Below are positions 46,531 through 56,900 of a stretch of 64,000 bases of DNA, in pieces. The DNA is from Candidatus Woesearchaeota archaeon (GTDB lineage Archaea; Nanobdellota; Nanobdellia; Pacearchaeales; GW2011-AR1): the NCBI GenBank assembly GCA_964623495.1, contig CAZUTV010000001.1, forward strand, positions 116,454 to 180,453. Reading direction: 5' to 3'. Below the pieces are notes generated by a model that ran no database searches, had not been told where the DNA came from, and saw only the letters and a program-made list of their open reading frames with translations. Within the stretch, counting starts at the first letter, position 1, and each line of letters starts with the position of its first letter. Made by a program: the position numbers and the translations under genes.

Positions 46531-47378
46531 TATCTTAATCCCCTTAAAACATTATCCGGGCTTAATTTAAGTAATTTATCAATAATTCTCTCATCAAAAA
46601 GCTCTTTTTCCTTAACAAAGCAGGAAACTCCGTCGAGCTTTCCTTCCTTTGATACGTACAAAGAATACGGGCATCTTGCCAGCTTTCCTGAGGGAGTTGC
46701 AGAAGAATCCAGTATAATCTCGTCTTTTATTCTTTCATGATGGGCCCTAACCTCTACGCCAATACTTTTTGTTACCTCCTTAGCCCATTTTGTTGTAAAA
46801 CTCCCTTCATTAAAAGAAAAATGCTTCTCATAAAAACTATGAGGAACTTTCTTGTTTAAAAGAAGATATAAATGAAAACTTCTTCCTGTCCAGACAATAA
46901 AAACCTTAAATTGAATTAATTTTTTTAGCTCTTTATCTGATTTTATCTTCTTAAAAAGTTCTCGGACAACAATCAGATACTTCCCATAGCTAACCTCTTT
47001 TCCTTTATCAATATCAATAAAAATCCTGTCAATGGGTTTTCCGTAACCTTCTCCATTGCATGCGTAATGCATCTCAACAAGCTTTCTTTGAACGAAGTAA
47101 TGCCAGACGAGAATTTCTTTGTCACTTAACTGATTTTTAACATCTGCCAAATCCTCTGCTTTCCTTAACTGTAAGAACTTATCGCTTATCTTTAAATCAT
47201 TAATAAACAAGGGCTGATCTTTACTTCCCCGTTTAACAACAAAATCAACATTATCCCCAATATAAGTTTTAGTTGCTACTTCTCTTTTTCCAATAAACTT
47301 CTTTATTTTAGGAAAAATCTTTCTGTAATAGCTCAGGCAGTCCAATTGTCCTGTTGAATGCAAAATGTCTTCTTTCAT
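46530..47378 (-). CDS. Archaeo-eukaryotic primase (AEP) superfamily protein, PriS/PrimPol-like
   Basis: Motif I DRIFIDIDKG (DxD), motif II IVWTGRSFHLY (sGxrGxH-like), motif III ILDSSATPSGKLARCPYSLY (D...R.P.SlH-like), in the canonical order. Confidence 0.45.
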   Translation of the reverse strand: MKEDILHSTGQLDCLSYYRKIFPKIKKFIGKREVATKTYIGDNVDFVVKRGSKDQPLFINDLKISDKFLQLRKAEDLADVKNQLSDKEILVWHYFVQRKLVEMHYACNGEGYGKPIDRIFIDIDKGKEVSYGKYLIVVRELFKKIKSDKELKKLIQFKVFIVWTGRSFHLYLLLNKKVPHSFYEKHFSFNEGSFTTKWAKEVTKSIGVEVRAHHERIKDEIILDSSATPSGKLARCPYSLYVSKEGKLDGVSCFVKEKELFDERIIDKLLKLSPDNVLRGLR

Positions 47379-47435
47379 CTATTCTCCTCTTTTTAATTTT
47401 GTTTTTTGTATTTAAAATTTAAAGTGTAGAGAATT

Positions 47436-49364
47436 TTACATTCTCTCTTCACGCTTTTTTTTTCGTCTCTTCCACAATATCCACAAGATAAACAATATGA
47501 GAATAACTATCAATGCAATGATTATTATGTAACTTGCCCTTAGATATTTCTTCTCAACAACATTAAAGGTATCATAAGTAGTCACTGTAATATTTCCGTA
47601 TTTGGCTTCTCCAAGAACAATATAAGTTCCCTGAAGAGTATCTAACGGGACATGCATTCTTCTTTCAATTGACAAGTTTGTTTTTACAGCAAGGATTTCT
47701 TTCGAGGACTCGGAAATAACCAACTTATCAAAATCGGTAATTGTCAAATAAAGCTCAACATCCACAGGGGTTCCATACAGGCCAACATTTAACAGATCCA
47801 CTAAAACCCTAATGTCTGTACCGGGATTAACGGCCTTATACTCCTGAGGGACATTAACCTTAATATCAAAAAGAGCCTCTTTCTGCTTAATTTCAAGAAC
47901 AACGTTAACTGTCTTCTTGTTTTCTCCTTCGCCAAAGATAATTTTCCCGTAATAAACTCCAGGTTTAGCACTGCTTAAAGCATACAAATAAGCCCTAATG
48001 GTTTTTGTCTCTCCTTTCTTAACAACAAAATTTTTATCACTTAAGATTGCTTTATCAGTAAGATTTTGAGTTTCTGCAATGATATTAATGTCTCTAAATC
48101 CCACATTTTTTATTTTTATGTCAAAGCTTTTTCCTTCTTCCTTAAAAATTGTTGTTGTAATAAATAATGGGTCTATCTCAAATTCAGCATAAACTGCTCC
48201 GCCTCCGCCTCCTCCGCCGCCACCGCCTCCGCTAGGAGGAGTGGTCCCGCAGGAAACCTCGGAAACACTTATACTCCACTGCAAAGAATCATTTAGCAAT
48301 CCATCAGTAATCTCTACACTTATATTATGACTGCCCCCAACTCCGCATCCAAAGCTGTAGAAAAATTCGTCCGTTGAATTTCCGGAATCATACTCCTGAA
48401 ACAAACCATCAACATACCAATAAGCATCCGGAATAGTGCCGTCTGCATCATACTTTGTAATGTTAAAATAAAGATTATCTGTCCCTTGTGCACTAAATGA
48501 AAGATTGCTGGGATAATAAGAGGTGATATTTGGTGCCCTATTCTCATCCGTAACTGTCAAAGAAAAACTATCACAATCGCGCAAAGAGCCTCCGGTTTGA
48601 TTGCAATACCGAGTGATATTGGCATTAGGATAAGTTATCCCAGTATCATTAACGCACAATGTAACATTATAAACCCCTAAAGGAGTCTGATTGTTTGCTG
48701 TAAAATCAATAACCCCGCCGGGGCTTGTAATATTAAACAAACTAACTTGGCTTCCCGAAGAGTTTGTTATTGTAACGTTAAAAGCCAAGGTTCCGTAGCT
48801 TGGGAGTGAATTATACTCTGTGTCTGCAACATCAACTACCTCATAAAAAGTAGAATTATCCCCCTTATTCCAAACAGTCTGAACCCCTATATTTTCAATA
48901 TCCGGAGGATTATTTACCTCTATAACAGTTATATTTGTCTTGGTCGTATTTGAGCAGCACGTTGAATTAGTATCGTCAGTTATTATTACAGTTTCTTGGT
49001 AAAGTTTAGAGCTTACATTAACTCCCCCTGCATTTGTCTTGCTTAGATTTCCAGAAACAATTGCAAAGATCGTGTAGGGAGCCTGCTGATTAATCCAAAA
49101 GACAAAAAATGGATTTCTCGGGGAAATATCCCCAGACAAAACTCCATTGTCTGGATCTGTTGCATTAAATTCATAGTAGAGAATTTGATTTTCACAGACA
49201 AAGATAGACGTATTAACTCCGTTTATAATAGGAAAATAATAAGGCGCAATAACATTAACCTGAGAGGTAGTGTTTACAATACTTAATCCTAAAAATTTCA
49301 GGTTCCAGAATATAATTCCAAGAACAACAATAATCGCAAGTATTAACCACCTTTTTTTATTCAT
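47436..49364 (-). CDS. Large surface protein with N-terminal signal/TM, Asn-x-Ser/Thr-rich beta-rich body, poly-Gly linker (G11) and C-terminal TM anchor with basic tail
   Basis: MNKKRWLILAIIVVLGIIFW N-terminus, many N-glycosylation sequons, GGGGGGGGGGG, C-terminal IIIALIVILILFILWILWKRRKKKREERM. Confidence 0.45.
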   Translation of the reverse strand: MNKKRWLILAIIVVLGIIFWNLKFLGLSIVNTTSQVNVIAPYYFPIINGVNTSIFVCENQILYYEFNATDPDNGVLSGDISPRNPFFVFWINQQAPYTIFAIVSGNLSKTNAGGVNVSSKLYQETVIITDDTNSTCCSNTTKTNITVIEVNNPPDIENIGVQTVWNKGDNSTFYEVVDVADTEYNSLPSYGTLAFNVTITNSSGSQVSLFNITSPGGVIDFTANNQTPLGVYNVTLCVNDTGITYPNANITRYCNQTGGSLRDCDSFSLTVTDENRAPNITSYYPSNLSFSAQGTDNLYFNITKYDADGTIPDAYWYVDGLFQEYDSGNSTDEFFYSFGCGVGGSHNISVEITDGLLNDSLQWSISVSEVSCGTTPPSGGGGGGGGGGGAVYAEFEIDPLFITTTIFKEEGKSFDIKIKNVGFRDINIIAETQNLTDKAILSDKNFVVKKGETKTIRAYLYALSSAKPGVYYGKIIFGEGENKKTVNVVLEIKQKEALFDIKVNVPQEYKAVNPGTDIRVLVDLLNVGLYGTPVDVELYLTITDFDKLVISESSKEILAVKTNLSIERRMHVPLDTLQGTYIVLGEAKYGNITVTTYDTFNVVEKKYLRASYIIIIALIVILILFILWILWKRRKKKREERM

Positions 49365-49464
49365 TAGACATTTTAACCCCCGTAATAAACGGCTTTGACA
49401 GAAAATTTTAATTTTCTAGTCTATAGAATTAAATTAAAAGGTATTTTTATTGTTTTCTAAAGAA

Positions 49465-50109
49465 TTATTTTTTCTTTAATTCGGCTTTTAATTTAGCCAT
49501 TTTTTCCTTTATTCTTTGGTCCTTTGGCTTCCTGTATCTTCTGAATAAGACTAGTCCTATAATTCCGACAGAAAGCACAGCAACAGTGATATAAACAACA
49601 CTATAATCCCAGCCATAAGGATTGCAAGCAACTCTTACAGTCATTTCATGAGAAATCGATGCTTTTGCTGCAGAACCGCCAGCGCCAGTCAAACTGTTTT
49701 CTAACGGCACAGATTCAATAATAACCTCGCCATCATATTCTTTTATTGGCTCAGTGCACTCTAATTTATCTATAGCCTTCCCAATTAAAGGGATAGAGGC
49801 ATACTGCCGGGTATAGACTTTAGGAACCTTAAAGTAAAAATTCAAAGGAATAGCATCCTGGCTGTAAGTGTATGGAGGAAGATATTTTATATCTGCATCT
49901 TTCATCACCAAAACTTCCTGTAATTCTTCTGAAACACTGACTTGAACATTTCCCTCTGTTGAATAGGGATTATAAGCCCCCACACTTAAAGACCCTTCCT
50001 CACCCTCGTTAAGCATCAAGGATTGCTGTTTAACAAAGATCCCAATGCCTGCAGAAGCAAAAGAGCAGAGTAATAAAACCCCGACAAATAAAGCAAATAT
50101 TTTCATCAT
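49465..50109 (-). CDS. Secreted protein with signal peptide and C-terminal TM anchor plus Lys-rich tail (hypothetical)
   Basis: Start placed at MMKIFALFVGVLLLCSFASA, adjacent to the stop of the upstream gene. C-terminal ITVAVLSVGIIGLVLFRRYRKPKDQRIKEKMAKLKAELKKK. Confidence 0.35.
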   Translation of the reverse strand: MMKIFALFVGVLLLCSFASAGIGIFVKQQSLMLNEGEEGSLSVGAYNPYSTEGNVQVSVSEELQEVLVMKDADIKYLPPYTYSQDAIPLNFYFKVPKVYTRQYASIPLIGKAIDKLECTEPIKEYDGEVIIESVPLENSLTGAGGSAAKASISHEMTVRVACNPYGWDYSVVYITVAVLSVGIIGLVLFRRYRKPKDQRIKEKMAKLKAELKKK

Positions 50110-50110
50110 C

Positions 50111-50722
50111 TTAAGTACACGAACCCCCTGTTGCAACCCCTTTAAATGTAATAGTATTATTAAAAGTACCTGAAGCTGTTCCTGCAGGAACATCAAGCCA
50201 GAACCTATAATAATGGTTGCTTCCAATACTTACATTTGGCCCTGCCTTGGTGGCTGTTGTTGTCATCGCAACCTCTTGCCCTAAACTAGGATGTGTGACA
50301 TTTGTTGCAGTATGATTATAATAAGTCTCGTTTCCGACAAGGATTTGGTCTCCTCCAGAGGTTTTTAAATTATCATTTGCACTAACACAGAGATCAACAT
50401 TTGTATTGCTGTCTGTTGAAACATTGACCCACATAGAAGTGGACTGGTTTGCTGTCGCACCGCCAACAGTTGTATTAAGTCCGTCATAATTATGCGTGGC
50501 ATTTTGGTTTGTTGCAGGGAGAGAGCTTATATTTCCAAACCTTATTCCATCAGAAAGATTCGTTGAGAGATCGATTGCAAAATAAACATTTATTGTAACA
50601 TTAGACGCAGTAGTCTGCTGTGTTGCATATCCTGTAGTTTTAGCTCCTTGATTAAATAACAGAATAACAGATAGCAAAAACAAAAATCCAAAAACCAACA
50701 CTATCCAATTTTCACCCTTCAT
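50111..50722 (-). CDS. Secreted/pilin-like protein homologous to the C-terminal domain of the adjacent 2777-aa giant protein
   Basis: MKGENWIVLVFGFLFLLSVILLF hydrophobic N-terminus. IRFGNISSLPATNQ...MWVNVSTDSNTNVDLCVSANDNLKTSGGDQILVGNETY...YRFWLDVPAGTASGTFNNTITFKGV aligns with INWSLSSLPAYNQ...YWVNITSYGG..MKAESDLRTAGGDVLGIGNETY...LKFFLNAPARQAAGNYNNSLSFRAV at the giant's C-terminus. Confidence 0.45.
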   Translation of the reverse strand: MKGENWIVLVFGFLFLLSVILLFNQGAKTTGYATQQTTASNVTINVYFAIDLSTNLSDGIRFGNISSLPATNQNATHNYDGLNTTVGGATANQSTSMWVNVSTDSNTNVDLCVSANDNLKTSGGDQILVGNETYYNHTATNVTHPSLGQEVAMTTTATKAGPNVSIGSNHYYRFWLDVPAGTASGTFNNTITFKGVATGGSCT

Positions 50723-50915
50723 AATATCAACCTCTTACACAAGAAAGTAGTTTCAAGCATTTATAAATATTATTCTCTTTTAGCTTCTTCTTTATATCGC
50801 CATATAAAATATAGTTAACTACAGATTGTCATAACATCCTTCGGAGGCAAATAGAGGATGTTGCTCGAGGGATTGAGAGTTTGCATCAATAATCCAAAAA
50901 GATGCAGGCTCGAAT

Positions 50916-50932
50916 AAAAACCGTAGGTTTTT
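50916..50932. repeat. 17-nt perfect palindrome AAAAACCGTAGGTTTTT (copy 1 of 2) at the 3' end of the giant gene
   Basis: Identical 17-mer also at 61340..61356. 7-bp stem, 3-nt loop, flanked by A/T runs. Confidence 0.55.
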
Positions 50933-53900
50933 ATGGAGATTCGCCGTTCTGCACAGCCCTAAAGGATAAGCTGTTGTTATAATTCCCGGCCGCCTGCCTT
51001 GCAGGAGCATTTAAGAAAAACTTAAGATAGATTGTAGCATTCCCTATATTACTTGCTATTAAATGGTTTGAAAAATCTGTTGTAAGAGGTATTTTAATTG
51101 AATCAGGCACACTGCTGTTCGAGGTTGAATTGGAATATGTTTCATTTCCAATGCCCAACACATCTCCTCCAGCAGTTCTCAAGTCGCTTTCTGCCTTCAT
51201 GTACAAATCGCTTGTGCCCCCATAAGAGGTTATATTTACCCAGTATTCAGTTATTCCTGTACCATTATTTCCGTCTGCAGATTGATTATATGCAGGAAGA
51301 GAGCTCAAGCTCCAATTAATCATCTGGCCAAGCCTTGAAGACAAATCCATAGCCACAGAATATGCATTAGCAATTACTGTTGAATTTTGCTTTGTTGCCC
51401 CATCTAGCTTAGCATCATTTGGAGTTACCTGGCAAGTTAAGTTTTGATCTATAGCAAACTCGCCATTAACAATAGTTGAAGCATTAGAAAATCCGTTCTT
51501 GGTATCCTGATAAATCTGATAGACCTGCTGGCTTGTAAGAGTTCTATTGTAAATCTGCAAGTTATCTAAAGTCATGTTAGTATAACAATTTGAGAGACAA
51601 AGATCATTAGGGTTCATTCCAAGAATAATAGGATTATTGTACTTCCTTAAAACAGTGCTCGTATCAGTACTGTTGTCGAGAGTTCCATTTAAGTAAACAC
51701 TAACTTTAGTCCCATTATAGGTAAAAGAGATAAAGGTGAAAGAATCATTAGCTATTGTAGTGTTAGATAAAAGAAGTTGTGATGAAGTTCCTGTTTCATT
51801 GAATATAACAACACGAATTCTAGAACCACTTAACCCAATAGTATACTCTGCCCTGGTTGAAATGTCGTTGCTTTTATAGACAAAGTAATTGCTTCCAGCA
51901 TTGGGTGTTTTAGGATTTGCCCAAAATGCAACAGTTAATCCGTTATGTGTTGAATTAAGGGATGAAGAACTTGCAATATTTACAGAATCATCAACACCAT
52001 CAAAATCCAAAGCTCCCCCAACCTTCCCGCTAGATTTCCAGGTTGTGCCTGTAAGAGAGCCGTTGTTTGCATTCCCAGAATAATCTCTAACACCGACACT
52101 TCCACTAACATTAACATCAAAAGGCATATTCAAAAGCAGCATTGAATTACTATTAACAAGCCAGTTGTAAACATTAGTAACTGTATCTGATTCATTATCG
52201 CTAGTGCTTTGATTGTAACAGCTAAGATTCTGACTTGAAACTCCGGGAAAAGGGCTTAAAGAAGGAGTGTTGTGCATCGGCTCTGTGTTTGTGTCATTAA
52301 CTGTCATTGACCAAATCTGGTCATCTTCTAAATTGCCGGCAGAGATATTTACTTTTATAGAATAAGTCCCTGCCTGCGTGTAGTTTCCGACCCAGATGAA
52401 AGTAGATTGATTGTCATAAGGGGTTTGTCTGCTACTATCAACAAACCACTTTATATTTACAGGAGTAACATTGGAATAAGTTATACTAAATGTCTGATTG
52501 CTGGGTTCAGCTATTGAAAAAGTGTCTGTTGTAGGAACATAAGCCAAAATAACAGGAGTGTATAAAATTAGGTGAACCATTTTGCTAGCGTTCATTGTCA
52601 CACCAGTAAAGTTAGAGCCATAACCTGATTTTGCAGCGCTAAAATTGTGCGGGGTGGAGCAATTTATAGTTGAGCTAGAGCCAGTACATCCTGTAACATA
52701 GGTTGCATCGCCCGTTTGGTTGTACTCCATAATCCACTGTGTTGTTGTCAAGCCATTTGCATCTGTTTGGTTATTATTAATCAAGAGAGCTCCATAAGTG
52801 TCTGTAAGATTAAAATTAACAGAAGAAACAGCAGTATAAACCTGGTCTGTAGTATTTCCTGTAAACTGATAATAAACCTCCACAAAACCAGTGCTAAGAA
52901 AATCAATCTTGGATTTATTAAAACTAACATTATAAAGTTCAATATTGGTCACGGCTCCTGCACCAAGAGTAATATCAGTACTGGAGCAATTAGTGATGCT
53001 TGAATTAAAAATAGAGACGTTATCCACAACTGAAAGAAGATAAAAGGCTGTTTGGCAATTTGTGATATTTAAACCAGACAAGTTTATTGAACTTGAGGAA
53101 ACCTGAACTGAATTAACATTTGTGCCAACCAATCCAGTAATAGTATCATTATTTGTAAGAATATTACTGACTGAATCAATGTTAATTCCGGAATAATTTG
53201 AAGAAACTGGCGGATCTCTTAAGATATTATGTTCTATAACAGAATTGTTCGAACCGATAAGAATATAACTACTAGAAAAGTTTGAGAGAGTATTATAAGT
53301 TATATTTATTCCATTAGGAATATCCCCGGAAATATCCATTCCCTTAACACCATGATGCAGCTGATTGTGGTCAAATATAATCCTATCATCCATATTAAAT
53401 GCCCCTGTAAACGTTGCATTGTCTGTACTATAATTCAGCTGATTATTGTAAACAGTAATATTTCCTCCAGCAACTATAGCAATCAAGCTTTGAGCATAAG
53501 AGAGTCTGGAGTTATTCACAAAAGAGTTTGTTGTATTTTCAAATCTAATTGCATACCCTCCAGCTAAATTAGAGATGTTTGAATTTAAAATATCTACGCT
53601 ATCAGAATATGTTCCAAGAGGAAGAATAATCCCATTCCCTAGTTGAACAAACCCACCTTGACAACCGCCTGCAGCAGAAGTATCGCCATAATAATTTCCA
53701 ACAATATCATTTAAAATTGAACTATTCACTAAGACATTATTTGAATTATTGATATAGATTGCAGAAAGATTCCCAGAATAGCATGTAGAAGTGTCTGTAG
53801 AATTAGACCAAAGTTTAGTTATATTATTTAAGTTTAATGTCGTGTTGTGAGAATTATCCAAAGCAATTCCATAAACAGTAACATAAGTTGTATTTATCCA

Positions 53901-56900
53901 GCTATTATTGTAAAGTGTATTGTTTTGGATAAAAGAATTGTTCGTGCCATCAAAATGTATTACTTTAGCATACTGCTCCATTCTGCAATTCTTAATAGTC
54001 ACATTATTTCTCGCTGCAACATTTACTCCCCATATGCCATAACTGTTATTCCCAAAAATCCTATAAGAGTTGCAGTCAAAAACAACATTATCTGCAGAGA
54101 TATTGTAATGCTCGCACTGGCTACCTGTAAGCGTAGTGCTTGAAGACACCTGTGTTATAGAACACATATCTGCAGAAAATGTCCAGTTAGAGCTTGCAAA
54201 AGAAGATTTAGAAGAATTATCATAAGCCAAGCAGTTCCACAAATAGCTTCCATCACTAAGCCCTGACAAAGAGAAATTAGCATAATAATTCCTAGTGAGA
54301 TTATAGATATTGAAAATTTCTGTTGAATTCAATGTTCTGTTAAAAAAGGCAACATCATCAATTGTCCCATTAAAGTCCCTGTTTGGATTTGGTGAAGCAG
54401 CAGCATCTCTATCTCTGCCTATTAAAACATATTGCCCAGAAAAGCCAAAAATAGAATCTGAAAAAGAAGAGTCTGTTGCCTTAGAAGAACCATCAATGTA
54501 CAAAACAACATCATTGCTTGCCCAGGTTAAAGCCACATGATGCCACGAATTAACATAACTGCTGTAATTGGTTTGGGCGCTGCCTGTTGCACTTAAAAAC
54601 TCCAAATCCTGGTCATTATTCAGATAAACTAAAAACTCTCCGCTTGAAAATGCGCCGCCATTGTAGTTTCCCAGAATAGCATAATCTGTGGTTGTGTCCA
54701 CTCTATTCTTAAAGTTAACCCATGTGCTGATTGTTCCTGTTGCTGTTGCTGTAAAGATGTTAGAAGTATTAACATAATCGTCTGTGCTTATGCCAATTCC
54801 ATTCCCAGCATAAGCCTCAATAAATTCATCTCCGTCAAACCCTACAGGAGTTCCATTATTTCCGCTTCCAGAAAAATCATAAACAATACTTAAATTCTCC
54901 CCATAACCGGCATCATTATTAAAATGATAAAGTAAAGTATTTCCGGTCATATTAATATTGTTGTAGCTGTCATAAATCCCGCTGTTAGGAAGCTCTGAAT
55001 ATTTTGTCTGATTCAAGTGCCAGGTTCCTGTTGTGTTTATGTATAAGCTAATGTTCTTTATCAAAATATCATCTGTAACATTGCACTGCAAGCTTAAAGA
55101 GTTTATAGCGATATAGCTGGATCCCGAGACAGGAGAAACCAAATTAACATTTGGCGCAGAGTCGGTATAAACACTAGAATTAATGCTTGTTGCTCCGTCA
55201 AGAATAGCATCATTAGGTGTTACCTGACAGGTTATGTTCTGAGGATTAATCATTTCTTGATATACAAGAGTTGCATTGTTTGTAAGCCCGTTTCTAGTGT
55301 CTTGAAATAACTGATAAACCTGCTGGCTTGTAAGAGTTCTATTGTAAACCCTAAAGTCATCAATTGTTCCGTTAAAAGGAGAAAAAGCACCAGATGAATC
55401 CCTGCCAAGACCTATTGTTAAATTGTAATCAGCCAAGTTGCTTGGAGCCCCCAAACTTTGATTCTCTCTTGAACCATTTATGTAAAGCGTGCAATTTCTA
55501 TTATCGCAGGCAAGAGAATACATATACCAGTTACCTGGATCAGGATAAGTCGCCATAAGAAGGTAAGAGTTATTAATTCTTGTCGGTAAAATCAGTCCAT
55601 CAAATGCATTCCAATTAAGACTAACTCCAAGAGAGTAATTTCCTTTAGAGAAAAAGCCAGCATCAATAAACGGGGCTTGAGGGAATCTTCCCATATTAAA
55701 CCAAAAGTTGATTGTGAAGTTATTTCCAAGCACAAGACTGGTATTAGGCACAACTAAAAAGTCATTTGTTGATTCGTTAAAATGATAACCTCCACCAATT
55801 TTTCCGCTAGTCCATAAAGGAGTTCCGTTAATTGTTGCATTAAAGCCATTTCCAGAATAATCCTTAGCTGCGCTTGAAGAATTTGTATCAAACGGCAGGT
55901 ATAAGGCAGTTATAGAAGTTCCATCAATAAGCCAATTATAAATATTTGTAACACTATCTCCATCAGCATCAACGGTTGATTGATTTGCACAAGTGAGGTT
56001 CTGCCACAAATAAATAGGATAAGGAGATAATGAAGGGGTGTTATGTGTTGGGGCATTATCTGTAGTAAGATAAGAAAAAGTATCTGTTGAGTTCCATTGA
56101 TTAACAGAATCATTAGCAAAAACCTTCCACTGAATTAAAATATTGTATGTTGAATTAATTGTTTTTGTAACATTACTCCAGTTTGCAACTCCGTTCATTG
56201 AAACCCAAGAATCATTAATTAGTGTTCCATTTCCATTATCAAAACTGAAGATATACCCGCTAAGTGCAGTGTCATCACTCCAGGCAACACTATGCTGAAC
56301 AGAAGCTCCTCTAACTGTTGAGTTTGTTGAATTTAAAGACCATTGTGGAGCATTATCTGTAGCATTATAATTCACATCTAACTTGATCAAATCGGTCCAA
56401 AGTGTGTTATGGAAAGGATTTTCTTGATGCAATGTGAAATATCCCTCAACTCCAAGAGATGTTTTTCTCTGGAATAAAGGCAGCTCCCCAGGAATATTTT
56501 CAAAATACAAATCCAGAGTATCATTATGATTAGTAAGCAGATAATTGTTATCTGAAAATCTAATCTCTCCAAGCTCAATTTTTTCTCCATTTAATTCAAC
56601 AATAGAAGGATAAATTTTTCTAGTTATATTCAGTGAAGAAAAATTGTCATTTACAAGCAAAAATATCTCATCTAAATGACTTGTTTCATTTAATACCTCT
56701 CTTAATTGCAATTTGGCTTTTCCATCTTTAATCTCTAAATTAGGCACTTCACTTAAAATTAGTCTTTCTTTTTCTGAAGAATTAAGTTTAGGGATCCCTA
56801 CACTATCTAAAAGATATTCGCTGCCGTTCCAAGAATAAATAGTGGGGCATTCAACAAAACTATCCAGTTCCTGAACTAACATTAAAGTATGGCCAGAGCT

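Noticed and set aside
50111-50160. Class III (type IV pilin-like) signal peptide in the 203-aa protein (MKG|ENWIVLVFGFLF...)
   Set aside because: Charge-then-hydrophobic pattern is suggestive, but the +1 Glu and the lack of a clear Gly/Ala-Gln/Ala cleavage motif make a PibD/FlaK site uncertain. Left as a generic hydrophobic N-terminus.
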